Below, piece after piece: positions 1-10,360 of a stretch of DNA of 64,000 bases (positions within the stretch are counted from its first letter, which is position 1; each line of letters begins with the position of its first letter). The position numbers and the translations under genes are program-made. A model generated the notes under the pieces. It had not been told where the DNA came from. It saw only the letters and a list, made by a program, of their open reading frames with translations, and made no database searches. Origin of the DNA: Rhina ancylostomus (taxonomy: Eukaryota); contig JARFYF010000112.1 of NCBI GenBank assembly GCA_030265395.1, forward strand, positions 13,464,671 through 13,528,670, given 5' to 3'.

Positions 1-144
1 CAATCTCCGCAGGAAGTAGAGGCGTTTCTGGGCTTTCTTAATGAGGGCTGTGGTGTTGATGGACCAGTTCAGGTCATTAGCGATGTGCACCCCCAGGATC
101 CTGGTGCTGCTGACTTGTTCCACCACAGACCCGTTTATGGTCAG
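1..144 (-). mobile_element. Rex1/Babar-type LINE, reverse transcriptase C-terminal fragment (runs off the window)
   Basis: Minus frame reads LTINGSVVEQVSSTRILGVHIANDLNWSINTTALIKKAQKRLYFLRRL, the typical LGV...DL.W...KAQ.RLYFLRRL segment. Confidence 0.8.
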
Positions 145-164
145 CAGTCTTCCGACTCTTGGGG

Positions 165-272
165 CCGCTTTGATACTGGCACTGGAGCACCATCTAAGAT
201 TTTGTGCTCAAATTTCGGGAGACAGGTTTGAATCCTTAAACAGAGGTGAGAGGGCTACCAACTAAGCCATGG
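165..272 (-). mobile_element. tRNA-derived SINE head (SacSINE1/Deu-SINE-like)
   Basis: Reverse complement ggcttagttggtagccctctcacctctg...ttcaaacc...ttgagcacaaaatc has A/B-box-like motifs and matches other copies in the window. Confidence 0.6.
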
Positions 273-324
273 TTGCTACATTAAATAGGCTGCTTAAGGT
301 TGTTTGGTTCATATTAGAGAACAT

Positions 325-745
325 TTAGTAGTCTGGCACCAGGAATGAATGATTTCAGTTACAAGAACATACAAGAGAATGGTTATCCTTGGAGAAGGTT
401 GAGATGAGACATGATAGAGGCGTACAAAATCATGATGGATTTAGATAAGGTAAATAAAAGAAAATAGAGGAGAAGTCAAAGACCAAACAATACAGATTTA
501 AAGTCACTGACAAATGCTCCAGTATTGTGGATAATAACTTTTTGTGCAGCAAGCAGATATGATCTGCAATGCAGTCCCTGAAAGTGTGGTGGATAGAGAT
601 TAAATTGTAACTTTCAAAATGGAAATATCTGAAGGTAAAACATTTGAAACCCTAAATGGACAGAGCAAGAACATGGGATTGACTGGATTACTGCAGTACA
701 GAGTTGGTAGGCCAAATTGCTTCCTTCTATGCTGTAATGACTGCT
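325..745 (+). mobile_element. Degraded CR1 LINE 3' end
   Basis: gacatgatagaggcgtacaaaatcatg (GD.IE.YKIM), cctgaaagtgtggtgga, and a cttctatgctgtaatgact tail. Confidence 0.7.
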
Positions 746-1015
746 GAACTGAATGATTTTATATTATTGAAACAAAAACACCTGTGTAGTAAAAGACAAA
801 CGTCATGTCTTTATTACTATGACCTTCATTACCCAACCCAAGTCCTCTGTTAAGGATGGATCATTGTCACCACCTTCCAACACCACCCAAAAATGTATGC
901 ATCAACACTGAACATGTAACATGTAATGTAGCCTGATATATAGCGAGACAAAATAATGTCTACATTTGTTCAAATTCTGCAGAGAAAAGAAGTCCAAGCA
1001 GGACTAAACATTTAC

Positions 1016-1141
1016 CTCTTCCTTTTGCTAAGTTTCTGTTGTAGCCAACTGGGCTAAAGTACTCAAAGGCAAATACTGCTATAGCAGATACAATAAGGAG
1101 TGTTACGAACATCATGACCCACACCGCTGCACTGAAGGGTT
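1016..1141 (-). CDS. GRIN2A: GluN2A exon (126 bp, equivalent to human exon 8), pre-M1 and M1 helix; not in the ORF track
   Basis: Polypyrimidine acceptor ccttcttccttccAG|AA and donor G|GTAAAT. Hand translation gives (E)[49 protein letters not shown] is the GluN2A form (GluN2B has YNRCLADG). Confidence 0.96.
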
Positions 1142-1929
1142 CTGGAAGGAAGAAGGAAAAAAACAGTTGTTCAATACATTATCCATTATCCATAAAGAAG
1201 ACAGGTCCAACAATATTAGAAGGGGAGAATTATACAGAAAATTTTAATGACAGCATCCCATTGAAAAAATATTGACTTACCAGTTTGGGATAGATTATAG
1301 GCAGCAAACTATTCTGAATAATTCATACAAACTGAACTTATTTTCCTCTGTTCTCATGTAAATGTCCTCATTTTCACAAAGCTACATGCAATGACAACAC
1401 CAAAGCCAATTAGAGTGGAGATGATGGGGTAATTCCCCTATCAATTAAGCTCCATGATTAGACTGCTGATTCAATGCATGAGATTTTATATAACTATACT
1501 CCATTCAATATATCTTACTGGAGCAATTGCCCTGTATTTATTTGGAGAAGTTGCCATAGTTTCTGATTTCTCTACTCTTTAGGCTCTGATTTCTGAGTGA
1601 ATCTACATTAGTATGCAATTGAATGTTTGCTTTAAATCCTATGCCCTGATACTTTCAAGTCATTACTAACACAGTGTAGTTAATAAATACACCCAAGGAT
1701 CCTGGGGAGAAGAACAAGGTGGCCTCAGCTTTTATGCTTTTGTGCTTCCATTGCCTCCAACCTCCAATCTAACCGTTAGGAAATGACCAATAATTCCTAG
1801 TAAAATGCCACTACATGAAAACTCCTTTCAACAATTAATAAACTATTAGCCCTTACTTGAAAGTTATTTTGTGTCCCTGCACTGTGAATTTACATTCACA
1901 CTCCAATCAAATAAAGTCTCAACTTTGAT

Positions 1930-2080
1930 AGTGGGTAGCAATCTTCCTTCTTATTCAGCAGGTTGTGAGTTCAAGTCCCTCTTCAGACATGAGCACAAAA
2001 TTCCAGGCTGACATTTCAGTCCTGCACCAAAGGAGTACAGCACTTTCAGAGGTCCTTCAGGCTAGGCTTTAAACTGAAGT
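1930..2080 (+). mobile_element. SacSINE1/Deu-SINE-like SINE 5' part
   Basis: ggtagca...ggttgtgagttcaagtccc...gagcacaaaattccaggctgaca...cactttcagagg. Confidence 0.65.
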
Positions 2081-2899
2081 ATAAATAAGAGGTGTTTCTC
2101 TCACAACTAATATATTTCTAACTATTCTTAATTTGATATTTCATTACTTTACAAACCTCTTTCTTTCCAAAGTAAAGCTGTGGGATTTAAAAACTACCTT
2201 AAAACAAAATGGTTTCATAAATGTAAAATGTGCCTTAGATTTCAAAGTGCATTAATTACCTCTCAGGTTACATATGATGGATAAGGTGCAGAGCTGGGAA
2301 TGTGCTATGCCAACAAAACCACCCGCTCATCACTTTTAAAACACATAATCCCACATTCTCGGTAACTGATTGCTCTGGGCAAATGGAAATAATGTGATAT
2401 CGGAGGTGGGTTTGACCACGCACTCCCAACATGGATCTGTCATAAGACAACCTTCATTAAATTTGTGACTTTTAACACATAAACCATGATCATTAACTCC
2501 CCATTGCCAATATTCAGTCTGTTTGCCCACATCCTCCCCCAAACCTGTTTATATATATATTAGTCACGGCAGGAAAGAAGAAATTATGCTAAAAATTAGA
2601 CAATAAAATCATTTTGAAGGTGGTTGGTAGCTGTTTTAGGAAGGAAAAGAGTCCCAAGAGGATGCTAAAAGTCTTTATCGTGTTTTACAGTGCAGAGCAT
2701 CTTGCCAATTATATCATCGTATCACTTTATTCATGAGGGCTGTTGGAAAGCTGGAACAATCATTCAGCAATGCTGGCAGCCCATGTAATGGCTGAACAAT
2801 GTCTATTTTATCTTCTCCCTTCTCTTTCCTTTCTTTTTCTCTCTCTTCTGTTTTCATTCATCTCCTATTTATACTTTTTCCTGACAGATCAGCAGCAAT

Positions 2900-3130
2900 T
2901 AGGAAGCCTCCTTTACCCTCTCCCAGCAATCGCCAACACCACTTGTGTTTTTCACTGTCTAGGTCTCCACCCTTTCACAGACATTCCCATCTCCATCTAT
3001 CCCCCTCCTCTGCAACTAATTTTTCCTTGTTCTGATAGAAGATCATCGACCTGAAATGTTAACTCTCTTCCTCTCTCCACAGATGCTGTCTAACTTGCTG
3101 AGTATTTACAACATCCTCTGTTTTTGGTTG
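2900..3130 (+). mobile_element. Penelope-like element terminal repeat
   Basis: tctgatagaagatcatcgacctgaaatgttaactct...ctctctccacagatgctgtctaacttgctgagtattt; this motif recurs about ten times in the window. Confidence 0.7.
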
Positions 3131-3471
3131 CTGCTGACAGAAGTGAATAAACAGCACAGAAACAAGCCATTCAGGTGAGATGGCCCATATCAGTGTTCCT
3201 GTTCTATGCAAACATTGCTATCACAATAGTTAATCTAGGACCTTCATTCTTGGGAGTGAGGCCTTAAGGGATGTATAGCTATCTAATGCCACCTCATAGT
3301 AATGCAACAATTGTAAGCCTAAAGCATTTTGAGGTCAGGAGTCAGGATATTTTGCCATGATGGAGGACAAACATATTGCAAGCTCAACAGTATCTTATAA
3401 CACAACTTACCAAGAAAAAAAACTGAATGTGATAGGGAAAATTTAATTAAAAGGATAAATAAGCTATAACA

Positions 3472-4425
3472 TGGTGCCAGGTAGAGGTTTCATTAAATTA
3501 TATTTAAATGTTGTTTGTCTAGAACATGGAGCAACACTATTTGTATGGGGCAAGCGATAGATTTTGTTTTCATCTGCTGGAAGGGATCCAGTGACCAAAT
3601 ATCAAGTAGTATTTGATGAACATAGGTCTAGTTTTGTTCCATTAACTGGTATCCCATTGACCTGTGGGAGGATGGAGCAGATAAAGCCGCCTCGGCAAAT
3701 GGACTTTGAGGCAAGTAATCTCAATGAGTTGAAGCAATGGAAGTAGGAATTTTCTCTCTGTATCCAGTTGACAATGAATAATAATTGAGAATACAAAAGT
3801 GAAGGTAGCATTGAAGGTGTATCTGGTTGGTCACCAAGTCAGAGAACTTTACTGAACAATCATGTCTACCAATTAGACACTGAGAGAATTACTCAAAGCC
3901 TTTGCAAAATACTGCAACACTTCATGCAATGAGAAGGTGGACAAATTGAAACTTCATAGGAGATATCAGATGAATAGGAAGACATTTGACACATACTTGA
4001 CTAAAATGAAGTTGCTGGCTGCAAACTGTAACTTTGGAGATCTGCGACAGGATTGCAAGTGAAATTCGAGATGCAGGATTGAGTGAGCTTCTGCTGAGGC
4101 TTACACCTGACAAAGAGTGTCAAATCCATATCTCAGAGATGACAAAAGCCAGAGTTGATGAACTGGATAGCAGAAAACAGAATTCTGTTCATGCAGTCAT
4201 ACTGAAGCTCAGAAAGAAAGAACAGTGACAGTGTAAGGTATGCAAATACTGTGGCAAACAGCATGAATAGCAGATTGAGAAGTACCCAATTTATGGTGAA
4301 GAATGCCACAAAGAACAATGAAATAGCTGACTAAAGTTCATATGAGACATGTGAGAAAGAGAGAATGATAAAATCACGGTAAGAATTCAGTACAAAGTGG
4401 ACACCTCTGGTGAGGCCAGAGCACT
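3472..4425 (+). mobile_element. Ty3/Gypsy LTR retrotransposon relic: primer-binding site, gag, start of protease
   Basis: ...taacA|TGGTGCCAG PBS-like junction at 3472. Degenerate gag MEQIKPPRQMDFEASNLNE..KQWK and ICDRIASEIRDAGLSELLLR, Zn-knuckle-like CKYCGKQH...YGEECHK, and protease-like YKVDTSG. Confidence 0.7.
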
Positions 4426-4429
4426 TCTG

Positions 4430-4760
4430 TTCCTAATAGCCGGGCATGCTCCATGGCCCTGCTGTGAACACATCACATTTTGTTTCTGCTGCCCACAAAA
4501 CTGCCCACATTAACCCATTTGACCAAGCAATCCCTACAATCCATTCCCATGGCAACCTGGCTTCACTTATCACAGATATTCCATGTACATTATCCATCCC
4601 TCCACCACCTTCTCTGCAACTTAAAACTACCTTTTCATCTCTCTTTCCCAGTTCTGACAAGGGGTGTCTGACCTGAAACTCTGCTTCTCTTTCCAACAGT
4701 GCTATGTGACCTGCTACATACTTCCAGGATTTTCTGCTTTTATTTTGAATTTCCAGCATC
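4430..4760 (+). mobile_element. Penelope-like terminal repeat nested in the Gypsy relic
   Basis: cagttctgacaaggggtgtctgacctgaaactctg...ttccaggattttctgcttttattttgaatttccagcatc; similar to 34285-34515. Confidence 0.65.
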
Positions 4761-4899
4761 ATGACTCTGAACCTAGATTGAGAAGAAAGGGCAAGTTCCC
4801 CACATAGGTCTTTGTTGTTATGGAAGTAGAAGGAAAAGATGTACAGTTCTGGGTTGACAATGATGTAACATGTGACATCACTCCAAAGGAGTCTGCAAG

Positions 4900-5262
4900 G
4901 AAACTTGAAGAGACAGATATTAAGAGGAATAGATAGAGTGAACAGCCAGCGCCTCTTTCCCAGGGCGCCAATGCTCAATACAAGAGGGCATTGCTTTAAA
5001 GTAATGGGTGGGAAGTTCAAGGGAGATTTCAGAGGGAGGTTTTTCACCCAGAGACTGGGTGGTGCATGGAATGTGCTGGCTGGGGTAGTGGTGGAAGCAG
5101 ATACGTTGGTCAAGTTCAAGAAATTGTCAGCTAAGCATATGGAAGAATTTAAAATAGAGGGCTATGTGGGAGGAAGGGGTTAGATAGTCTTAGGTGTGGT
5201 TTAAAGGTCAGCACAACATGGTGGGCTGAAGGACCTGTATTTGCTGTATTGTTCTATGGTCA
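4900..5262 (+). mobile_element. Relatively young CR1 LINE 3' end
   Basis: ILRGIDRVNSQRLFPR...TRGHCFKVMGGKFKGDFRGRFFTQR..GAWNVL, followed by the 3' UTR and a tgttctatg tail. Confidence 0.9.
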
Positions 5263-5699
5263 TCTGCACATGTTAAGAAATGCAAGATGAGAAAAAATTC
5301 ATCTTGAACTTATTTACTTTTTCTGACATTAATTCAGAGAGAGTGAATTTTATTCCATATCTCAAATGTTTGGGTGGTAGTTTGCAAATTTTCATTTCCT
5401 GAATGGCCATAATATGGGGGTTGCCTGTCTTCAAAGACTTTAAATGGTTGGGGGGGGGGGAAAAGGAGTATGAACAAAAGTCAACAGTAACATTAAATTG
5501 AGAAACGTTGCAGTAATAGCTATCTTATGGTTACCCAAAGAATTCAAATATTAGTGGACTTTACAATAATTTCAAACCATCCACATATCAACATTTTCAT
5601 TAGCATGATATGATAAATTTTAGAACAATATTAGGACACATTTATTAATCTTATCTGAAGCAGAATTATGCCTTAAATATTACAGACCAGTGAAAGGGC

Positions 5700-6358
5700 T
5701 ATTCAATATAATGCAAGAAAATGCTAAATGTTACTTCAATTATAAAGGGCCATGGTGAGACCACACCTGGAATATTGTGAAAAATCTTGGTCTCATGAAA
5801 AAAAAGGGCATCCTTGCCATAAAGGGAGTGTAATAAAAATGCACCAGTCTAGTTACTGGGAATGACAAGGACTGTTTCATGATTAGATCGAGTATGCCAA
5901 GCCTCTATTCCCTTGCACTCAAGAGGAATGAAAGGTAACCTCGTCAAAACAAAATATTATTAAAAAGGACTTAGCAGCATAGATGCTGGCGAGGATGTTT
6001 CCCTGACTGAAGGTTTAGAACTGGAGGCTCAAAATAAAGGTGTAAAAACTGAAAAGAGAAGGAACTGCTTCAGTCAAAGAGGTGTGAATCTTTGGAATTC
6101 TTTTTCACACCAGGCTGTGGAGGCACAGCCATTAATTGCTTGCTAAACAATTTATTTTGAGATTAAAANNNNNNNNNNNNNNNNNNNNNNNNNNNNNNNN
6201 NNNNNNNNNNNNNNNNNNNNNNNNNNNNNNNNNNNNNNNNNNNNNNNNNNNNNNNNNNNNNNNNNNNNGGAGGAAGGGGTTAGCTCGTCTTAGGTTTAAA
6301 GGTCGGCACAACATTGTGGGCCAAAGGGCCTGTATTGTGCTCTACTGTTCTATGATTT
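5700..6358 (+). mobile_element. Old CR1 ORF2 fragment, 100-N gap, then a young CR1 tail (6269-6358)
   Basis: tataaagggccatggtgagaccacacctggaatattgtg (YK.MVRPHLEYC). The tail after the gap is nearly identical to 5169-5260. Confidence 0.8.
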
Positions 6359-6361
6359 TAT

Positions 6362-7380
6362 GAAAACAAGTGCTCAGAATGTACAACCACATGACTGCAA
6401 TACCACTGGGAAAATGCAGCTGAAAGTGAAGTATGCAGAGAATAGAAGGAAGTGCAATATCAAGTGTACGAAGATGAGTAAATAGAACAGGTAACTGTAT
6501 AGATAGAGAACTTGATGAGAGAGCAGGCTGCTGCACACATGAGCTCTACACTCAACAGGAAGCAACTGCTGAATGAACTGCAGCTGTTTTTGAAGGGACT
6601 GGATAGCTCACAAGGTACATGAGGGTGAACAGATGATAGTACATCCACTAAGACATGTTCCTGTAGCTCTCAAAAAGAAACTGAAATTTGAAAAGCTGTT
6701 GGAGGCAGTGCTCATTGCAGCAGTAGACACTCCGGCCCTATGGTGTGCCTGCATAAGTCAGACAAGCTGAGGACCTGACTGGATCACATGATCTGCATAA
6801 GGTACTAAAGAGGAACCATTATCTGATTAACTCAATGGAAGATATCCTGCCAGGTTTGAGCAGAGCTTGCTGAATGCCAAGACTGGATTTTGGCATGTAG
6901 AGCTCAACAGTAGGAGTATGTTTCTAACAACTTTCAGTACACCTTTTGGAAAATATCAGTGGCTGAGTATGCCTTTTGGGATTAGTTCTGCACCTGAAGT
7001 GCTTTGTCAAAAGCTGGATCATGCAATTGAAGGATCCGCTGCCCTAAAAGCTCTGCCAAGGGGCGCTCTGTCGTTAGAGGACACCCTGCACCAGAGGCAG
7101 AGATAGACCATGACAGAACGGTGAGAGCTTTAATGAACAGGTGCAGAGAACGGCAGTTGAGATGCAACTTGGAAAACTATGGTAGATCACATGGATATCA
7201 CTGAGGAGCCCCAAACTAGATCCAACAAAGCTGGAGGCAGTGAAGGAAATGACAGATGTGGCTGTGATCCAATGCTTCCTTCAATTTATCGACAACTTAA
7301 GCAAATTCCTGCCCATCTAAGTGAAGTTTATGAACTACCCAAGACAACAGGCAAGAAACGATAAAGATAAGAGAGCTATC
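6362..7380 (+). mobile_element. Ty3/Gypsy pol (protease/RT) relic, probable continuation of 3472-4425
   Basis: VHPLRHVPVALKKKLK; LNAKTGFWHVELNSRSMFLTTFSTPFGKYQWLSMPFGISSAPEV; DHDRTVRALMNRCRERQLRCNLE. Frameshifted, with no intact YxDD seen. Confidence 0.88.
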
Positions 7381-7748
7381 AAAACCTAGATCTTCCAAGG
7401 TGATGACTGAGGAAGATGTTGTCACAGGACCAGGCATCATCTGAGCAAGACTGTGGAAAACGTACGTGAGAAGTCAATGATGAGCTAACGGTGGCTCCAC
7501 TACAACCCCTCTGTAGAACAAGAACACCTCAGCTCAACCATGCCATAATGAATAACAACAGTGACAAACAGATCTAAGAGAGTTATTTGCCAACCAAAAC
7601 ATCTTGTGGACTTTGCAGTGGAGCAGATGAATTTATGTCATTGCAATGGAAACAAGTGTTGAAATTCTATGCTGAAAATACAACAGTTTATATTAAGAAG
7701 TTGCTTAAATTACATAGACGCTATTGCATATACATTTACTTGGGTTTA

Positions 7749-8102
<354 letters not shown>

Positions 8103-8215
8103 TCATTTGTTTCTAGGGGTGGGCTTTGGGGTGTGGATGGCTTTTGTCTGCTGACAGATTCTGAACCTAAAGTTAAGCAACTGCTTGCCACTGTTTATTA
8201 CCTAAAGTGACTTAC

Positions 8216-8384
8216 ATCACCAACCATTCCATTCCATACACCGTTGATTTTTTTGCCATGCTTCCCATTTGACACCAGGTACAGGTCATATGTGAATTTC
8301 ACAGCCTTTGCAAGTTTCTTCAGAATATCANNNNNNNNNNNNNNNNNNNNNNNNNNNNNNNNNNNNNNNNNNNNNNNNNNNNNN
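8216..8384 (-). CDS. GRIN2A: GluN2A exon (~169 bp, equivalent to human exon 6), S1; 5' part hidden in N gap 8331-8404
   Basis: Visible part 8216-8330 encodes [38 protein letters not shown] with donor GAT|GTAAGT. The start at 8384 is inferred from the human exon length only. Confidence 0.9.
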
Positions 8385-8745
8385 NNNNNNNNNNNNNNNN
8401 NNNNTAACAGCAAATTAATCTCTGTTACAGGAACATGGAATCTGTCCTTACTGTCAAAATCAGTTAAACAATTACATTTCAGGTTAATTACCTTGGCCTC
8501 AAAATGTGTGAATGCATACTGCAAGATCAATGCTTCTCTCTACTAGTTTAGTGAAGGGGCATTCAGTGCTTTAAAAGAAACAGGTGACTTGCAAATGAGA
8601 GTTCTTTAATATATCTGAGATAAGCTTCTAAATGATAAAATTAATGCCAGACTTCTATTTGTGACTTCTCTTGTTAATTAAAGCTTTCAGCATAGTTACG
8701 AAGTTAAGGTCAATATAATCATTCATAAATGTGATGTTCATAGAG

Positions 8746-8783
8746 TACCACTGGCTATAAATGAACATTTATAGCCAGTGGTA
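8746..8783. repeat. Perfect inverted repeat, 18-bp arms with a 2-nt spacer
   Basis: taccactggctataaatg-aa-catttatagccagtggta. Confidence 0.95.
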
Positions 8784-9045
8784 AATTTTTATATCATTTG
8801 TGCCTGCTTACCGTTTCTCATCTACTGAAAGATCCCTGAAATATGATATTCACTAAAAGGTTTGCTTTCTGTGAAAGAGAAAGTCACCTTCTTCCCAAGA
8901 TTCAATGTATGTTGTTGATGTTTGCATCAATGTTGTTTTCTGCTCTTACCATAACTTTGCTTTCGATTTCACCCCTACTCTAGTCCTCACATGGTCCATC
9001 TCATACTCTTCCTTTCCACAACTATTACATCTTCATTTCTGGGGA

Positions 9046-10360
9046 CATTTGATTTTGGTGATCTATTGCAAGGCAAAGATATAAATAGACCAAGCTAGAT
9101 TGTTCTTATTAAAGCCATTCATGGGCTTGAGTTTCTAAGTAAGCCTCATTATGTCGAGGTAAAAGGGTAACAAGCAAAAGATGGGTCCAGAGTGGAAGTA
9201 AGTGGGGGTCGTNNNNNNCCATATTCACCTTAAGTTTACTAACTCCATCAATTACTTCAGCTACATTTCATCCCAACCCACCTCCTGTAAGGACTTTATT
9301 CCATTGCCTCAGGTATGTTATCTTGGTCATGCCTGTTCTGGGGATCCCACCTTTTATTACATCTGCTATGCCTTCCTTTGGCTTCGGCTGAGAATTCTCC
9401 TCTACCATAATGAACAAGGCTCCAAATCACGTCAATTCCATTTTCAACACTTCTGCTCTTTCCCTCTCTTCCAGGACTTTCCACGTCAACAGCCTCCATG
9501 TACAAGAGATCAGGCTCTGCCACTTCCAACACCTCTAGTCTATCATCAAATAGATCTTCCTCTCCCTTCACCTTTCAGCATTCCAGCAGGCCCAGCCCTT
9601 TCATTACTACTCCTCAATGAGCCCCCTGGTCGCCTTGCCTTTCTGTGAAGCCACAAAGGATGTAACTCTACATTGCCATCTTCCAAGCCTCCAAAATCCT
9701 CTCTAGCTGAAACAGCAACTTGCTGGCACACTTCCCAATTTAACTATTTCAAATGAATCGATAGAGAGGGTGTGGACATTGCTGATATTTCTGTCATTTA
9801 TTGTCTTTCCCTATTGCCCCTGAACTGAGGAGGGAGTTTGAAGTTAACCACATTGATGGATTGGAGTCACATGACAGAACTCCTTCCCTGATGAACATTA
9901 GTGAACCAGGTAAGTTTAACAGCCGTGATGCCATATTCACCACTCACATTGTTGTCACTTTTACAAGGGGCAAACAAACAGAGATGGAGTGACCAGTTTA
10001 CAGAAAACTGTTTACTTTGTAAGCATGATTCTGGTTCCATTTGCCTGTCACTTTAATTCCACAGTCTGCCTTCAGCCCTCTTATCCTACTTCATTGAAGC
10101 TTGAGGAAAAGCTCCTGATGATGACAGCCTTCCAGACTCAGCAATGAATTCAACATTTCAGACTGTAAACTCTGTTGCATTTTGATTCTAATATTCCCAT
10201 TTACACCTAGCCATGGATCCATCTTTTGGTTCGTTACTTATCCCTCTGCCATAATATGTTGAAGTTTAGTTAGAAATTCAAGCCCATATTTGCCCTTATT
10301 AAGAACAATCAAGCTCCACTTATTTGTATCTTTACCTTGCAATAGATCACCAAATCAATG
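9046..10360 (+). mobile_element. Penelope-like element relic bounded by ~165-bp inverted repeats
   Basis: Degenerate RT C-terminus YISSQPTSCKDFIP (consensus-like Y.SSHP.SCK.SIP), GIY-YIG C-terminal remnant tttgcctgtcactttaattcc...aagcttgaggaa, and 9046-9210 inverted relative to 10196-10360. Confidence 0.75.
9750..9950 (-). mobile_element. Second SINE family (LINE-tail-bearing), nested in the Penelope relic
   Basis: catttattgtctttccctattgcccctgaactgag...tccttccctgatgaacattagtgaaccag is the reverse complement of the family at 16240-16570 and 56180-56530. Confidence 0.6.

Noticed and set aside
4433-5119. 228-aa minus-strand ORF
   Set aside because: Antisense read-through of CR1 and Penelope fragments; no protein-like features.
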